Shown piece by piece: positions 27,621 to 41,497 of a DNA stretch of 64,000 nt. Position 1 is the first letter of the stretch; every line of letters starts with the position of its first letter. The notes below the pieces were generated by a model. That model was not told the DNA's origin. It saw only the letters and a list, made by a program, of their open reading frames with translations, and ran no database searches. The DNA is taken from assembly GCA_051294375.1 (NCBI GenBank), contig CM119267.1:12177692-12241691 (forward strand), in the 5' to 3' direction. Origin of the DNA: Paraspadella gotoi (lineage: Eukaryota; Animalia; Chaetognatha). The position numbers and the translations under genes were made by a program.

Positions 27621-27905
27621 CAGAGGACTTAACGTTAAACGATACCTCACCTTTCTGCTGCATTTATTGAAAGTATTCAATGCAAAGTAGTATTAAAATT
27701 GATTATGATATGAGCATTTGAAACGTAAGTAGGACAGAGGGACTAACTGACAGACAGGACGAAAAGTTATTATTGAGTTTCTCCGCGCGACGAAACTGAA
27801 GAAAGATGAACGTTGAAATTTCTCGCGACAAAAAAAGAAGGAAATTGTGAGAACAAAGAAATAAAAAAGGAAAAGGAAAAAATAGGAAGAAGAGACGTAA
27901 CGTGA

Positions 27906-28575
27906 AACAAGTTTGAGCAAACAATGTCGGATCTGCCCACGATCATTAGCGGTAATTAATTATTTAATTAATTTAAGTTAATTAATTAGGCAATTAATTA
28001 ATTAATTAATTTGATTCGAAATGTTTGTTTTTAAGTCTTTTTGTCACTAATCACAACAAAAGCAATGACGATGATTGATTGATTGAATAATTAATTAATA
28101 AATAAATTAATTGATTTAATAATTAATGAATACATGGTGACAATTTTACAAGCGCCGGTAGAAATATGCTGTCATTTGCAAACCAGTGGTTATTTCAGTG
28201 ATTTTAAAATTTAGTTAAGTAGAAAATACTAAAACTATTTATGTGTTAAAATTTTCTATTGATCAGTTGAGATATGCCTTGACCGTGAGTGGAGAAAGTT
28301 GGCTTGTAAAATCGGGTTTCATTTTCCAACTCAAATCCACACACAAAATTTTATTTCAATCTAACCATCCAATCACGAGTAATTGGAGTTTTTTGCTAAG
28401 GTGGGACGGACAGATGGACGGACAGACAGACGGACATCAATTTTTTTGCATAATTTATCATAATTCGAGGTTTTGACAAGAATTAAGTGAATGACTGACA
28501 AGATTTTGGGGGGAGACCGTCGAACCGACTGAGTGAATTATAGAGTCGGAATCTGCTGATAAGCAGATCCGACTA
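27906..28575 (-). mobile_element. HINE-like element
   Basis: AACAAGTTTGAGCAAACAATGTCGGATCTGCCC...GTCGGAATCTGCTGATAAGCAGATCCGACTAA. Confidence 0.75.
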
Positions 28576-28877
28576 AAAATCTGTAACCGAAGGAAAGAAG
28601 AGAAAATGAAAGCGGGGGGAGAAAGGTAGTAAGGAAAAGATTAAAGGAAATAGCTTGTGGGCTCGGTTAAAAGGGGATGAGTGGAGAGAAGATAAGAGAG
28701 AGAGAGAGAAAGAAAGAGAGAGAGAGAGAGAGAGAAAGAGAAGAGAGTTTGTGAAAGAGAGAGAGAGAACATTAACATTCCCTGAGAAAGGAAGAGAAGA
28801 AGGCGGCAAGACCTCACCTGTAATCATTGAAGAAAGAAAGAGTCCCAGTGGAGAGAGAGAGAGAGAGAGAGAGAGAG

Positions 28878-28916
<39 letters not shown>

Positions 28917-28947
28917 AGAGGAGAGAGGGGGAGAAAGAGACTCTCAC

Positions 28948-29078
28948 CTGAGATCCTTGAGGAGGCATAGACCGACGAAACCGACGACGAAGAGAGGAAC
29001 GACGAGAAGGAGGATCGTGCGCAGGACGATGTGGTAGACCCACGTGAAGCTGGGGCCGCTTCGGCTATTCAGGACGAT
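28948..29078 (-). CDS. Peptide GPCR exon: end of ECL2 and TM5
   Basis: catcAG / GTGAGA sites. IVLNSRSGPSFTWVYHIVLRTILLLVVPLFVVGFVGLCLLKDL has the TM5 Pro. Phase 0 in, phase 2 out. Confidence 0.88.
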
Positions 29079-29323
29079 CTGATGGAGAAAGAGAGTGAGA
29101 GGGAAAGGAATTTGTCCGTGGTCGGATAGAATACAGTCAGTCAATAAGGTTGTTTGTTTTATTTTTTAAATTATTGACATGATTTTTATATCGGTTGTAC
29201 CCGTTTTATAAATTAAAGTAAAAATAATTAAAAAATATACTGAAATATTCAAAACCCTGAAAGATAGTTTATTAAAACAAGTAAAACATGGAGCGAGAAA
29301 GAGAGAGAGAGAGAAGGAGAAGA

Positions 29324-29403
<80 letters not shown>

Positions 29404-29750
29404 CAATAATCATTGGCTCCACGGAGTAGGAAAGTGGGGGAAGAGTGACATATAGTGGGGAAACAAGAAGAAAGCAAATCGAGACGATATAAAGACGAGC
29501 GTTAGGGCAAAGGATATTTCAAGGGAAAAGAATGAAAAGAAAAACAATGATTGGCTCCCTCCCCCAAAAGTGAAGGAAAGAAAAAGAAAAGAGAAATGAG
29601 AAGAGGGAAAAGAAAGCAAGTGTAGTGGGCGTGGAGAACCATTAATCGGTTCCCGACAGAACCTCCTTCCGATTGCTTTCTTAACTTAACGGTGACTCTT
29701 GATGACTGCAAAAAGTCTACGACCGCCAGAAAAAGAGGCAATGACTGTGA

Positions 29751-29851
<101 letters not shown>

Positions 29852-30194
29852 TTGATATTAAAAAATCTTAAAGTTAAATCTTAAATCTTAAAGTTTAGTG
29901 ATCTTGCCAGACGTTACTATCAAAGAAAATCCGGAGAAAACAAGTTTTTTTATTTACATAATACAGACAAATTTATTTTTAAATTGCAGTAAGCACTATA
30001 TTCTAATTTTCATTTTGCAGTAAACCAAAAAATGGACTTACATATCACTAATGGAACTTGATAACTAGATACATTGTTTGGTAGTTAAACTATAAACCTG
30101 CAAAAAAAAAGATATAAATTATTTATTATTATGGTAATGGCGACTTAAGAAAAGTGGCGAGCACGTATAGGACAGTGGTTCAACCTGGACTGTG

Positions 30195-30440
30195 ATACGA
30201 TGATAGTTATTCACTGATGTGAAGATGTGATGATAATCATTCATTGATGCGATGATAAGCATTCATTGACGTAATGATAATCATTCATTGACGCGATGAT
30301 AGTCATTCATTGATGCGATGAAAGTCCTTTATTGAAGTGATGATAGTAATTCATTGATGCGATGATAGACATTCATTGATGCGGTGATAAGTATTCATTG
30401 TTACGATGATAGTCATTTATTGATGTGATGAATCATTCAT
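30195..30440. repeat. 22-bp tandem repeat
   Basis: Repeats of GATGATAATCATTCATTGATGC. Confidence 0.9.
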
Positions 30441-31501
30441 CGCATATAAAACAAATAAATGCGTGTATGAGTGAGAGAGAGTGAGAGAGAAAAAGAAAAA
30501 GAAAACGAGAAGTCCAACCGCTGCAGAGCTGAACCCGTTTTTTTAGACGAATCAGAAAAGGCAGCGCCTGAGAAATATATATATATTTTAAAGAAATAAA
30601 AGAAAGACAAAAAAATGTTACAATTGTTAACAATTGGAAATTGTTACAATTTTTTTCAATTGGAAGTTGTAAAAGTGTGTATTATTATTTATATTAAAAT
30701 TTAGATATAGCTTCTCTTCAAAAAGTTTTTTTAAATTCATATGTCCCTCCCTACACATTAGAGAGGAGCACTATAGTATAGAGAGATAGTATCGGACCCT
30801 CCACCCTCCCTCCCCACTCATTGGCCCCCACCCTCCCACCCCACTCATCGGCCCCCACCCTCCCTCCCCACTCATCGGCCCGTTCCATTCGTCTCTCTCC
30901 TCGGATTCTCGATCATTCGAGGAAACCCACAGAAATTCAGAGGAAGAAACTCTCGTAATTTCGCCCGCGCCATATTTGTCGTCGTCTTCCTCGTTTCTTT
31001 CCGTCGTTTTCGTCGTTCGCCGTCGTCGTTGTCGTCGTCGTATTCGTCTTCCGCTTCGTTTGCATAGAAATATCGCGAAATCAAGTTTTCACTTTTCCTT
31101 CCGGATTCTGGAAAGTTCGGGGTCGCGATAGAGCAGAGGGCGGGTGGAGGAGGAAAAGCGGCGAAGGATGTAAACTGCAACTGGAACTAAACGAGTTTAA
31201 TTCAACGACGACGAAGAAAGTTGAGTTCGTATTTGGTTCTCGAAGTAATTTGGGAACGAGGGAACGAGTGAAGAAAAAAACCTTAAATAAAAAGGCCATA
31301 TATGTAATAATAATATAATAATAATATAATAATAATATACGTATTAATCTATTTGAACCAAGCATCTGAAATGACGGAAATCTAATCAGTTTGTGATTTT
31401 ATCGTTTGTTTTCATTGTGCGTAATAAATCGTTTATAAAAAAATATAAACTTTTTCTGGTACCCTCACGGAGCAGGCAACCCTACCCGCGAACCACCTTA
31501 C

Positions 31502-31766
31502 CCAGTACAACCTCCGCCGATCCAGATAAACCCCCGATTCCCCTTTTCTAACCTGGACTTCAAAGTATCTCGGGACATTGTAGAGAATGGCAGTGACAAA
31601 AACGAGGAAGGTGACCCTGTAGACGTTTTTCCACGAGCAGTGGGACCGCGCGTGCGCCGGCTTGCACAGAGCCACGTAGCGGTCGACGGCGAGCGCTACG
31701 TTGAGCCAGGTGTTGGCCGTTAGGGAGATGCAGAGGATCGGGTGGAAGATGAGCCCCATGTCCGGT
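31502..31766 (-). CDS. Peptide GPCR exon: TM3 (DRY) and TM4
   Basis: PDMGLIFHPILCISLTANTWLNVALAVDRYVALCKP...ILYNVPRYFE; DRYxAxCxP and YNxPRxFE are typical of FMRFamide/sex-peptide-like receptors. Phase 2 in, phase 0 out (GTAAGG). Confidence 0.92.
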
Positions 31767-33009
31767 CTGAGGAAAAGGGGGGGGGGTCGAAAGATAAGAG
31801 GGTTTGGGTTAGGGGTAAAAAGATTATTTTTATATTTTTTACGAAGGATTTTTTACAATTTAAAAAAAAATCCACTCCCCGTTCCTTTTGAAAGCTTGTA
31901 ACTGCTTGGAACAAGGTTCTTAACGGCTTAGTAAGGAAAAAGGGGAAGATATTAAGAGAAAAAAATACAGTAGGAAGGATATGCAATTCTCATGTTGTTC
32001 GTCTTTTTCGTCGATATCGTCGCTTTATGTCGACGTTTTCGGTTTTGATGGCACCAACATCGCCGCTTCGTCTTCCATTCCATTCCTCGCTCTTTCTCTT
32101 AGATTCCTCATTTTTTACTTCAGAATCTCAAATAAAACATTTTTTACATTTTATATACCATTCTTTACCTTTCTAACATCTTTCTTTTTAACTCCGATAT
32201 TATTCTTTACTATTGACAATTTGACACATCATTCTTTATCTTAGATACATCATTCTTTCCCCTATGCTACTTTTACCTGATTTTTGCTACTTTGTATTCT
32301 TGATTGCTAATCATTTCCCTTAATCCAACCTTTTTCTCTAATGATCAAATCAATATTCAGATTTCCGTTCAATCATTTCTTACACATCATTCAACCACTC
32401 TGCAAGTATGATTCATTTTTAGTTGCGCTGCGAGTACTCGCGGACCAACTTTATAAGTCTTTTTTCGGTCGGTCGGTCGATATGTCTGTCCGTCGGTCTC
32501 TCCCACTTACGTTAAAAATACTCATAACTAACCTATAGTTAATTGCTCATTTGTTAGTCAGGAAAAGACTTCAAATCTAAGTGACTGCTAGCGCCGCCTT
32601 CAGGAAATTCTAAAACTATAAAGAATAAAAGATGGAATTTCTATGCAGGACGTGTCATAAATACAAATACAATATAAAGACGTTTGTTATATATAAATTT
32701 CCTAGTCATGTTTGTTATACATAAATTTCCGAGTCATGTGATCACATTGGATGAACCGATCTTGTTTTTTTAAAATCTCCTTCTATTCCTATATAAACTA
32801 GTAACTTAATCAAGATTAGTGAGCAAAGTTTTTTTGTTTTTTTAATCCTATTATTACTGAAAATTTCCACTGTATTTCCTTTTATTTTTCCCGCTAATTC
32901 TTCTCTTTTCCGATTGCCTTTCATCTCAATACTCCAATTCCATTCCCAACCCCAATTTTCATTTCTTCTCGCAAATCATCTCTCCCTCATTCGTCACTAA
33001 GACCCGCGC

Positions 33010-33800
33010 ACCCCCTTTCCTCCCTCCCCGCCGCCGCCGGCGGAGACTTTCTACTTCCCCTTTCCTCCCTCCCCGCCGCCGCTCGGCCGGAGACTTTCTA
33101 CTTCCCCTTTCTCCCTCCCCGCCGCCCGCTTGGCCGGAGACTTTCTACTTCCCCTTTCCTCCCTCCCCGCCGCCGCTCGGCCAGAGACTTCCTACTTCCC
33201 CTTTCCTCCCTCCCCGCCGCGCTCGGCCGGAGACTTTCTACTTCCCCTTTCCTCCCTCCCGCCGCCGCTTGGCCGGAGACTTTCTACTTCCCCTTTCCTC
33301 CCTCCCCGCCCGCCGCTCGGCCAGAGACTTCCTACTTCCCCTTTCTCCCTCCCGCCGCCGCTCGGTCGGAGACTTTCTACTTCCCCTTTCCTCCCTCCCC
33401 GCCGCCACTCAGTCGAGACTTCCACTTCCCCTTTCCTCCCTCCCCGCCGCCGCTCGGCCGGAGACTTCCTACTTTCCCTTTCCTCCCTCCCTGCCGCCGC
33501 CTGGCCGGAGACTTTCTACTTCCCCTTTCCTCCCTCCCTGCCGCCGCTCGGTCGAGACTTTCTACTTCCCTTTCCTCCCTCCCCGCCGCCGCTCGGCCGG
33601 GACTTCCTACTTCCCCTTTCCTCCCTCCCCACCGCCGCTCGGCCGGGGACTTTCCTACTTCTCCTTTCCTCCCTCCCCGCCGCCGCTTGGCCGGAGACTT
33701 TCTACTTCCCCTTCCTCCCTCCCCGCCGCCGCTCGGCCGGAGACTTCCTACTTCCCCTTTCCTCTCTCCTCGCCGCCGCTCGGACGGGGACTTCCTACTA
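33010..33800. repeat. GC-rich minisatellite, ~46-47-bp unit
   Basis: Repeats of CGGCCGGAGACTTTCTACTTCCCCTTTCCTCCCTCCCCGCCGCCGCT. Confidence 0.95.
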
Positions 33801-34792
33801 GCTTATGGATCTCGATTAAATGTCGCCTAATTGCATGAAAGATGGTCGCGGCGGGAAAGGGAAAGGCTTGGGCGGGGGGACGAGAGGACGAAATATATGG
33901 AGAGAGAGTGGGAAGTGGACGTCGCTTTCAAATCATGACCGTTGTCGTTGTTGTCGTCGTCCTCCTAAGTCGTCGTCGCTGTTATTGAGGGTAGATGTCA
34001 GTTCAATGACATCGAGTCTCGTCAATGACAACGAGGACGAGAATAAGGAAATACGCCACGCCCTCTTTTTGGAGTCAGAATTAAATCATTATAGTTACTA
34101 CTTAGCATTTAGCTCTCCAGTTACATTCAAAGAATACTTATAAAATTACATACAATACATACAATTAAAAACAAAACGTGTATTTAATCTTTATTTTTAT
34201 TTTTTATTTTAGCATTTAACTCTCCAGTTACAAGTTAGTCATTCAAAGAATACATATATAATTACATGATGGAGGCCTTAAACCACCAAAGCCTGTCCAA
34301 AGTCAGTCGCAAGATAGCTTATTTATTAAATGAATGGATAATTTTTATATTGGTTGTACCAATTTCATACAATACATACATACAATTAAAAACGAAACGA
34401 GTATTTAATCTTTATTTTTTATTATGATAAATATTTTTCAAGTTTATAATTTGAAAATATCTAATTTTTCGTGCATTTTCGATCTTTTAATTGGGTCAGA
34501 GTTAATAAATTTCGTTTTTATCGTCTATAAAAAATCAACAAAAGGCAAACGTAAGCCGATAAAACTAAAATACGAATCGTCGTCGAGAAAAAGAATTCGT
34601 CACGTGAAGGAAATCTCAAAGTCTAAAAATAACTCAAGATTTGCCGCGGAGCATCGCTCGTAATCGCACGTTTTAAATTTTTTTTATCCCAGGGGCGGCG
34701 AGAGAAATGGCGTGCCCCTCCGCTGGCCCCTAGCTGCCCCCTCCCAAGCTTTCCATAATTTTAGTTTTTAGTTTTCGTATAATTCGTCTTTC

Positions 34793-35300
34793 AGCAGATC
34801 CCGACTCTATAATTCACTTTGTCGGTCCGTCGGTCCGCCCCCTCAATCTTGTCGGTAAATCAATTATATCATGTCCGAATATCGATTTATGATAAATTAC
34901 TGCGAAAAAAAAAAAAAACAAAAAAAAACAAAAGATGTCCGTCCGTCCGTCCCACCTTAGCAAAAAACTACAATTACTCGTGATTGAATGGTTGGATTGG
35001 AATGAAATTTTGTGGTGGGTAGGAAAGTGTGTGATGAAGCTGGATATAAAGTTTCGAAGGAATCGTGCGAGCGGAAATGAGATTAAATGGAAAAAACATA
35101 AGTCACATTTACTTGAAGAATCTTTTTACTAATTTTAACCCATAATTACTTGAATTCATCATAATTGAATTAAAATATTGAGATGAAATTTTGTGTGTTG
35201 TAGGAAAGTGTGTGACGAAACTAGATAAAAAGTTTCGATGGAATTTTATCATTGGAAATGAGTTTAAATGGAAAAAAACATAAGCCACATTTACTTGAAT
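34793..35300 (+). mobile_element. HINE-like element, partial
   Basis: CCGACTCTATAATTCAC, (GTCC)n and the duplicated GTAGGAAAGTGTGTGA core. Confidence 0.65.
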
Positions 35301-35484
35301 CTTTATTATTTATGCTTACTCATAAATAATCTATCTTCAAGTGCTTACAACACAGAAACGGTTAACGGTAGAAGAAAAAAGTGATTAAATTAGGAAACGA
35401 GGCTAATTTCTCTTTCAATCGATATCAAAATTGTCTTTAATGTACATTGTACAACAACTGCACTCTTCAGTCCACCACTCATAC

Positions 35485-35659
35485 CTGCACTCTGCCGTCT
35501 GCATCCAGGTGGCGAACTCCTGTTTGGCGTAGACGAGGATGATCCCGGCCAGGATGGCGAGGTCCGTGGCCACCACCGCCAGAACGTACACCAGCGCCGG
35601 TGAGGCTTTGTGACGCAGACGCCACAGCACGTAGACTGCGAGGCTGTTGGCGGCGCCAC
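35485..35659 (-). CDS. Peptide GPCR exon: end of TM1, ICL1, TM2
   Basis: cccAG / GTATGA sites. GGAANSLAVYVLWRLRHKASPALVYVLAVVATDLAILAGIILVYAKQEFATWMQTAECR contains the TM1 Asn and the TM2 LAxxxD motif. Phase 1 in, phase 2 out. Confidence 0.88.
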
Positions 35660-37144
35660 CTGGGAACGGGGTGGGAGGAAAGGGGTGAAGGGTGTGCAAA
35701 TGATGTGTTTGTTATTTATTTATTTATTTATTAATTAATTTAATTTATTTATTATTTTATGTTTTTTATTTCTTATATATAATCAATTTTTTGTTAAATT
35801 TTTAGGAAAAAATCAATTTCAAAAATTCAGAAAATAGAAAAGATAGAGAGAGAGCTTGGCTGAGAGAGACAGAGAGAGAGAGACAGTCCCCAATTTTATT
35901 TTAAACGGTCAAAACCGGTTTTTCTTGTCACGACCACAATGATAAAAATAATTGAATAATATTATACAAAAAAGAGTATCTGGATTTCTATTAGTGACAT
36001 AAACAAAGTAATGTTATGTGGGATTTGATCCCGGTTTCTTCGCTTTCCAAGTTGACGGAGTTGGGCAAATCGCCAAAAAATATTATGAACAAACTTATCC
36101 TTAAATTAATATACAATTTAACAATAAACAATTTATTGAATCAAAATAAAAGAGTCATCTCCCGGATCCGATCCCGGGAAAGATCATCCACAAACAGTGA
36201 ATTAGAGTTTAACACCATCACTGTAATTAAATATAGAAATTCCCTTTGTATTAATTATTATAGCATGTCATATTGATTATGTTGAACAAGAGAACATTAT
36301 AACCTTATATTGTACTAGGGTACACTAGTAGTATTTTAATAGTTCTCATTTCTGTTATATCATTAAGTTCTTAGTTCTTCTGGTAAAGAATTTGTTATCA
36401 ACACTTACTGTCCATCACTACAGTTTGAATACTTTGAATACTAATAGTTAAGCTTCATTGATTTTATGTATTCCTTATTGATTGTTAGTATTATTTCCTT
36501 TTGCTTGTTTGTGCATATAGATACTCTATGGAATTCTATGGAATATCTATATGATTTGATTATTTTATTAAGGTTGATTTTATAAATGAACAAATAAATA
36601 ATTTTGTTCTTGGAAAACATTTTTATCTTTTGAACGAACTAGTGAGGCGCAGACGCACGTGGTGGTCGTTCACCACAGTTATTCAAACAAATTTAAAAAA
36701 ACTAATTTTAACTAATGACAGAGAAAAAAATTTATGAAAGAGACAACCAATGTTTTGTTAAAAGTTGACAAATGATATTTTCGCACTATGAACTATGTAA
36801 ATCGATCCAGAATAGTTATGGAATGTAGTTGTCAGACGTCCTTTGTTACAATTAATAAGTAATGGTACATAAAAATTTAAAATTCTTTACATGTCCTAAA
36901 TTTTTTATATATCTATTTTTACTGTATTATATTCTGTCCATATAAAGATCGCAAAAGTGAAAAGAAGACACAAGATTCTCTGAAACTCGATCTTCAAACT
37001 TGCCTAACTTCATTTCCATTTTAACCAAAAAGCAAGGACTTCTTCAAGAAAAGCAATGAGATTTTAATGTATGCTTAGTTAAATTGCTTATTAATTGCGA
37101 TACCAAACATGACTTGGAATTTCCCTTGCATTAAAACAGGCTGC

Positions 37145-37346
37145 TGAAGAGACAGTAATTATTGATAAGTGTTAATGACAGAACAGTTCAATATAAGCAG
37201 TCCCTGAGCTTCGGATCAGGCTGTAACACCATGTTACAGGCGGGTTAAGCGCCCCGTCCCTCATAACTTCAAGGCGACCACCGGGCTAGAACCCCGGACC
37301 TTTGGGTTGGAAGGCGAATGACTTGCCTCCGGCACCAATGGCCGCT
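37145..37346 (-). mobile_element. tRNA-derived SINE
   Basis: Minus-strand head GCGGCCATTGGTGCCGGAGG...GGTTCTAGCCCGGTGGTCGCC with A/B boxes and acceptor-stem pairing; second copy at 58486-58680. Confidence 0.75.
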
Positions 37347-38051
37347 GAAGAACGTTTGGTGGATTTTAGTCAACCATACTGCTCTTATATTCAGCAACGC
37401 TGTGTAACAATGATTTTGGACAAAAGTACCTCTCATCTGCAAAATTGTGTCATACTCATAGATATGCTAACAAAAAAAAGGGTCGATGATCTCAATTTTT
37501 TTGAATAAAATAACCAATCCTTCCACTTATTAAAATTTTTATCCATCTCTTCAGAAAATTTAAGTATAGCAAAGTAAAGAAAAGATGGACAAAAAAGACA
37601 TAAAGAAAAGATGGAAAATTCTGAAATTAGTGACTACGAAAACGTTAGAAGTTGCGAATTTCCGTTTTGATAAACGTTTCTTCTTACAAAATAACTTCGT
37701 CGTTTTTAAAAAAATTTGATTCACCCCTCCAGAATCTGTCTCGGAGGGTCATTAAAAAAATTGGTTTAAATAAGTAAAATTTTCGGTAGTTTTTTTCCCA
37801 GTTGAAAAGAATAAAATAGTTGTCAATCTTAAAGTTTGTTAGGAAATAATATCTTTTTAGAATACACCGGAAATACAAGTAAGTCGCGAAATAATTCAAT
37901 TCGGTTTAATTCCGAACTCAATGCTTTTGACTCAAAAAAGAACCCGGATCAGTTAACGAAAGCAGGAAAAAAACATTTTGCGTTCTTCACAAAGAAAAAA
38001 AATGTTTTCAAAGTTTTCTCCGTTAATTTCGTGCCCTACCGCCGAGGATGA

Positions 38052-38316
38052 ATGATGGGAGTGTTTCTGACAAAAATAAAGAGCGGGACTGGACTCAAAA
38101 CCTTTAACTCTTCTTCCAATCGCGTGCTCACGGTCAGCGGTGGGCGAGGCGGCGGCGGCGACGGAGGCGGCGGCGTCGTACATCGGGAGGCGTTCGTCGA
38201 CAACAGCGGCGTCGCGGTCGAGAGCGGAAGTAGGTGGTTCAATTCGACGCCGCGGCAGAGCAGCGTAGAGAAGAAAGACAAGGAGAAGAAAGCGGACGGG
38301 AAAACCAAAGTGCAGA
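38052..38316 (+). CDS. Nested antisense gene, exon 1 (MGVFLTK N-myristoylation-like start)
   Basis: ATG ATG GGA start, open to CAGA|GTAAGG donor in phase 1. Confidence 0.6.
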
Positions 38317-38825
38317 GTAAGGGGGGCTCGGGAACGAAAAGGACGAAAAGGACAAATAAAAAAAAGTTACAAAAACGAAAATAAGATATTCAAAAATAAA
38401 AACCGGCAGAAGTGAGAAAGAGATTTCTTAGCTTCCAAACCGAGACAATTTACGAGCAGAAAAAGTCTGTCAACTCGGAGCAGCAGCAGAAACGCAGTCG
38501 CCGCGCCTTCCAGCGTATCGCTGTATCGCTTTTCTTCTTTCTGCGGCAGCGGCAGCGGCCGGGGGAGTGATCCCTACTTAAATCGAGGCGACCGCGCGAC
38601 GGCGTCGTCAAAAACGGCGCCTAATGACGCCGTTAAATCCGGCGTCGCTCTCGATTAAGGCGTCTCGATCGGAACCAATTTTCATTCGAGTGTCTTTTTT
38701 TGGACGAAAGTGATTCTTGTGTCGCGATTCTCGACAGATTTTTTCCCTTTTTTTTTACGTGACAAAACTTCATTCGTGACTAAACTCACTCTTTCTTCGT
38801 CTCCTCCTCTTTCTCTCTTCGGCCC

Positions 38826-39040
<215 letters not shown>

Positions 39041-39069
39041 CCCAATTCCCGACGATCTCTTTGTCGCAG

Positions 39070-39180
39070 AGATGAAGGAAGGCGGGATGGAGGAATGCGA
39101 CGGACTTCTCCAACATCCGCGGACGCGACTCGGCGCAACCGACGGCAGCGGAAACGTCTCGCAAAACGCGGCCACGGGAA
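39070..39180 (+). CDS. Nested antisense gene, exon 2
   Basis: ttgtcgcAG / GTGAGT, 111 nt, phase 1-1, open (MKEGGMEECDGLLQHPRTRL...). Confidence 0.65.
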
Positions 39181-39193
39181 GTGAGTCCGAGTT

Positions 39194-39229
<36 letters not shown>

Positions 39230-39382
39230 TCATCCTATCCTATTTTTTTTCGTCTTTCTTTCTTTATTTTCTTTTTTTCTCTCTTTTTCTCTCTCTTCCT
39301 TAATATCTTTCTATCTTTCTCCTCCTGCTCTCGCTTTCTCTCTCTCTCACTGACTCCCTCTCTCTCTCTCTTTCCCACACAG

Positions 39383-39607
39383 GAGATATGAGCCTCGTTC
39401 CCGACCAAGCCAAGAGGGACGCCCGCGACAACGTCGTCGGCGCCAGGTCCATGGACGCAACCGGGATTCAGCCGCCATCTTTGTTGGGTTCGCCGGAAGT
39501 GGGTGGATTCGGCGCCGGCGAAGGATTTTCCGTGCCGGACGCGGCGACGGAAGCAAGACGAAGGAGATCGGCGCCGGAAAGAATCGCCACGCTGGACGGC
39601 GCCGTTG
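39383..39607 (+). CDS. Nested antisense gene, exon 3 (alternative donor at 39673, or run-on to the stop at 39744)
   Basis: tttcccacacAG acceptor and TTG|GTAAAG donor, 225 nt, phase 1-1, open. Confidence 0.55.
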
Positions 39608-39936
39608 GTAAAGTTGGGGCGCCTGCACAGACGAAGCAACGCGTCGTGAGCGGCGGGGACGGAGAATCGGGAGGTGATGTCGAGCGTTCAAATAACATAA
39701 GTTATAACACCGCCGACAACAACAACAACCATAACGACTTTTGAACTTTTCTCAAACCTGATCTACTCCGTTTTATTCGTTTTTATTGTTATTTTTACTA
39801 TATTGTCTTCTCTCCTTTTGAAAAAGATTTAGATCATTAAATGTTTTAAAATATTTTTGTTTTCCCCTGTCGTTTGGGTTTTTTCTCGCCATCACACTTG
39901 AGCAACTTTATTTAAAACTAACCGACCCTCTTCCAG

Positions 39937-40125
39937 AGCCTCCCGTCTTCCGTGTTCCTTCGCCGCCTCCTTCCACACCCTTCGACGACGCCGTCATCCC
40001 GGGATTCGTTCCTTCGACGCCGCGATCAGCGACACCCGACGGAACGGCGTCGTCGGAAGTCGGAAAAGGGCGCAGGGAACAGGGCGTTGCCGATGATGTT
40101 CGGAAACCGTCGTGGTCCGACGCGG
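39937..40125 (+). CDS. Nested antisense gene, exon 4 (Pro/Ser-rich)
   Basis: ACTAAC branch point at 39917-39922, cttccAG acceptor and GTCAGT donor, 189 nt, phase 1-1: EPPVFRVPSPPPSTPFDDAVIPG...KPSWSDA. Confidence 0.65.
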
Positions 40126-41047
40126 GTCAGTTTTTGGGGGAGGAAGAAAAATAAAGAGAAAGGAAAAAAAAAAGAAAAGAAAAAGAAAGAGAGAAAGAAA
40201 GAAAAAAAATCAGATAGAAACAGAAAAAATGATGGTTTATACTTTCAAGCATCGAAATTACGACATCGATAATCCCACGAAACGATCGGGGAGAGAAAAT
40301 AGAGAAAGAGAGAAATTGAGGGATTGAGGGCCGGGCGAGTGATCTCTATCCGCTCGACGGTTATTGCTCGTCGGCGGGAGGGCTTAGGGTCGTTTGGGAA
40401 GTCGACCGCTTGAGACCGGAGAGAATTATGTTCTCGGCAATGCGATCTCAACTCGAAATACTCTCTTTCGATTCTCTCCAAATGTATATCTCACTCGAAT
40501 TTTTTTTCTCGAGAAAACATTAACGTTCGGTCGGTTCGAATTTGGTCTCGTGGTGATTCCATCGCAGAGACAGACGATTGGAAAACGGTTTTTTTTTTCA
40601 AGATGAGAGTGAGAATGAAAATTGGAAAATGAATTTTTTCTCTTTCGCGCTTCAAAATCGTGATTCTTGCAGACTGAGAAAGGATACAAATTGACTGATG
40701 AAAATTAATAAAAGTGACCGGATGTATTTGAAACTTTTCCACCATTCTACAATTATTTAATTATCTTAATTGTAACTTGAAATGTCATGAAAAGGATTGT
40801 ATTTTTTTCATGAAGAAAGGACTCAAAATTTAAGCAAGGGTGTGAAAAAGCATGATTAATAAAAAAAAAGAAGAAATTATGAGCAGTTCAACGAGAAAGA
40901 TAAGCGGGCGACTAAGGAATATGGAGGAAAAATCCGCGGGATATTCCGGCTCCATTTCGGGATCAGTGCTACACGTCCCCCCCCGATAGTTAACCGAGAT
41001 CGGAAAACGGTCGAGATAACCGGAGGCAAACGTAAGCCAAAGCATCC

Positions 41048-41497
41048 NNNNNNNNNNNNNNNNNNNNNNNNNNNNNNNNNNNNNNNNNNNNNNNNNNNNN
41101 NNNNNNNNNNNNNNNNNNNNNNNNNNNNNNNNNNNNNNNNNNNNNNNNNNNNNNNNNNNNNNNNNNNNNNNNNNNNNNNNNNNNNNNNNNNNNNNNNNNN
41201 NNNNNNNNNNNNNNNNNNNNNNNNNNNNNNNNNNNNNNNNNNNNNNNNNNNNNNNNNNNNNNNNNNNNNNNNNNNNNNNNNNNNNNNNNNNNNNNNNNNN
41301 NNNNNNNNNNNNNNNNNNNNNNNNNNNNNNNNNNNNNNNNNNNNNNNNNNNNNNNNNNNNNNNNNNNNNNNNNNNNNNNNNNNNNNNNNNNNNNNNNNNN
41401 NNNNNNNNNNNNNNNNNNNNNNNNNNNNNNNNNNNNNNNNNNNNNNNNNNNNNNNNNNNNNNNNNNNNNNNNNNNNNNNNNNNNNNNNNNNNNNNNN
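41048..41497. other. Assembly gap
   Basis: Run of N. Confidence 1.

Noticed and set aside
33130-33838. Long Pro-rich ORFs, or a CRISPR-like array
   Set aside because: Head-to-tail minisatellite with no unique spacers, in eukaryotic context.
37270-37346. Functional tRNA gene
   Set aside because: The anticodon arm is imperfect, and it is attached to a body repeated at 58486-58680, so it is a SINE head.
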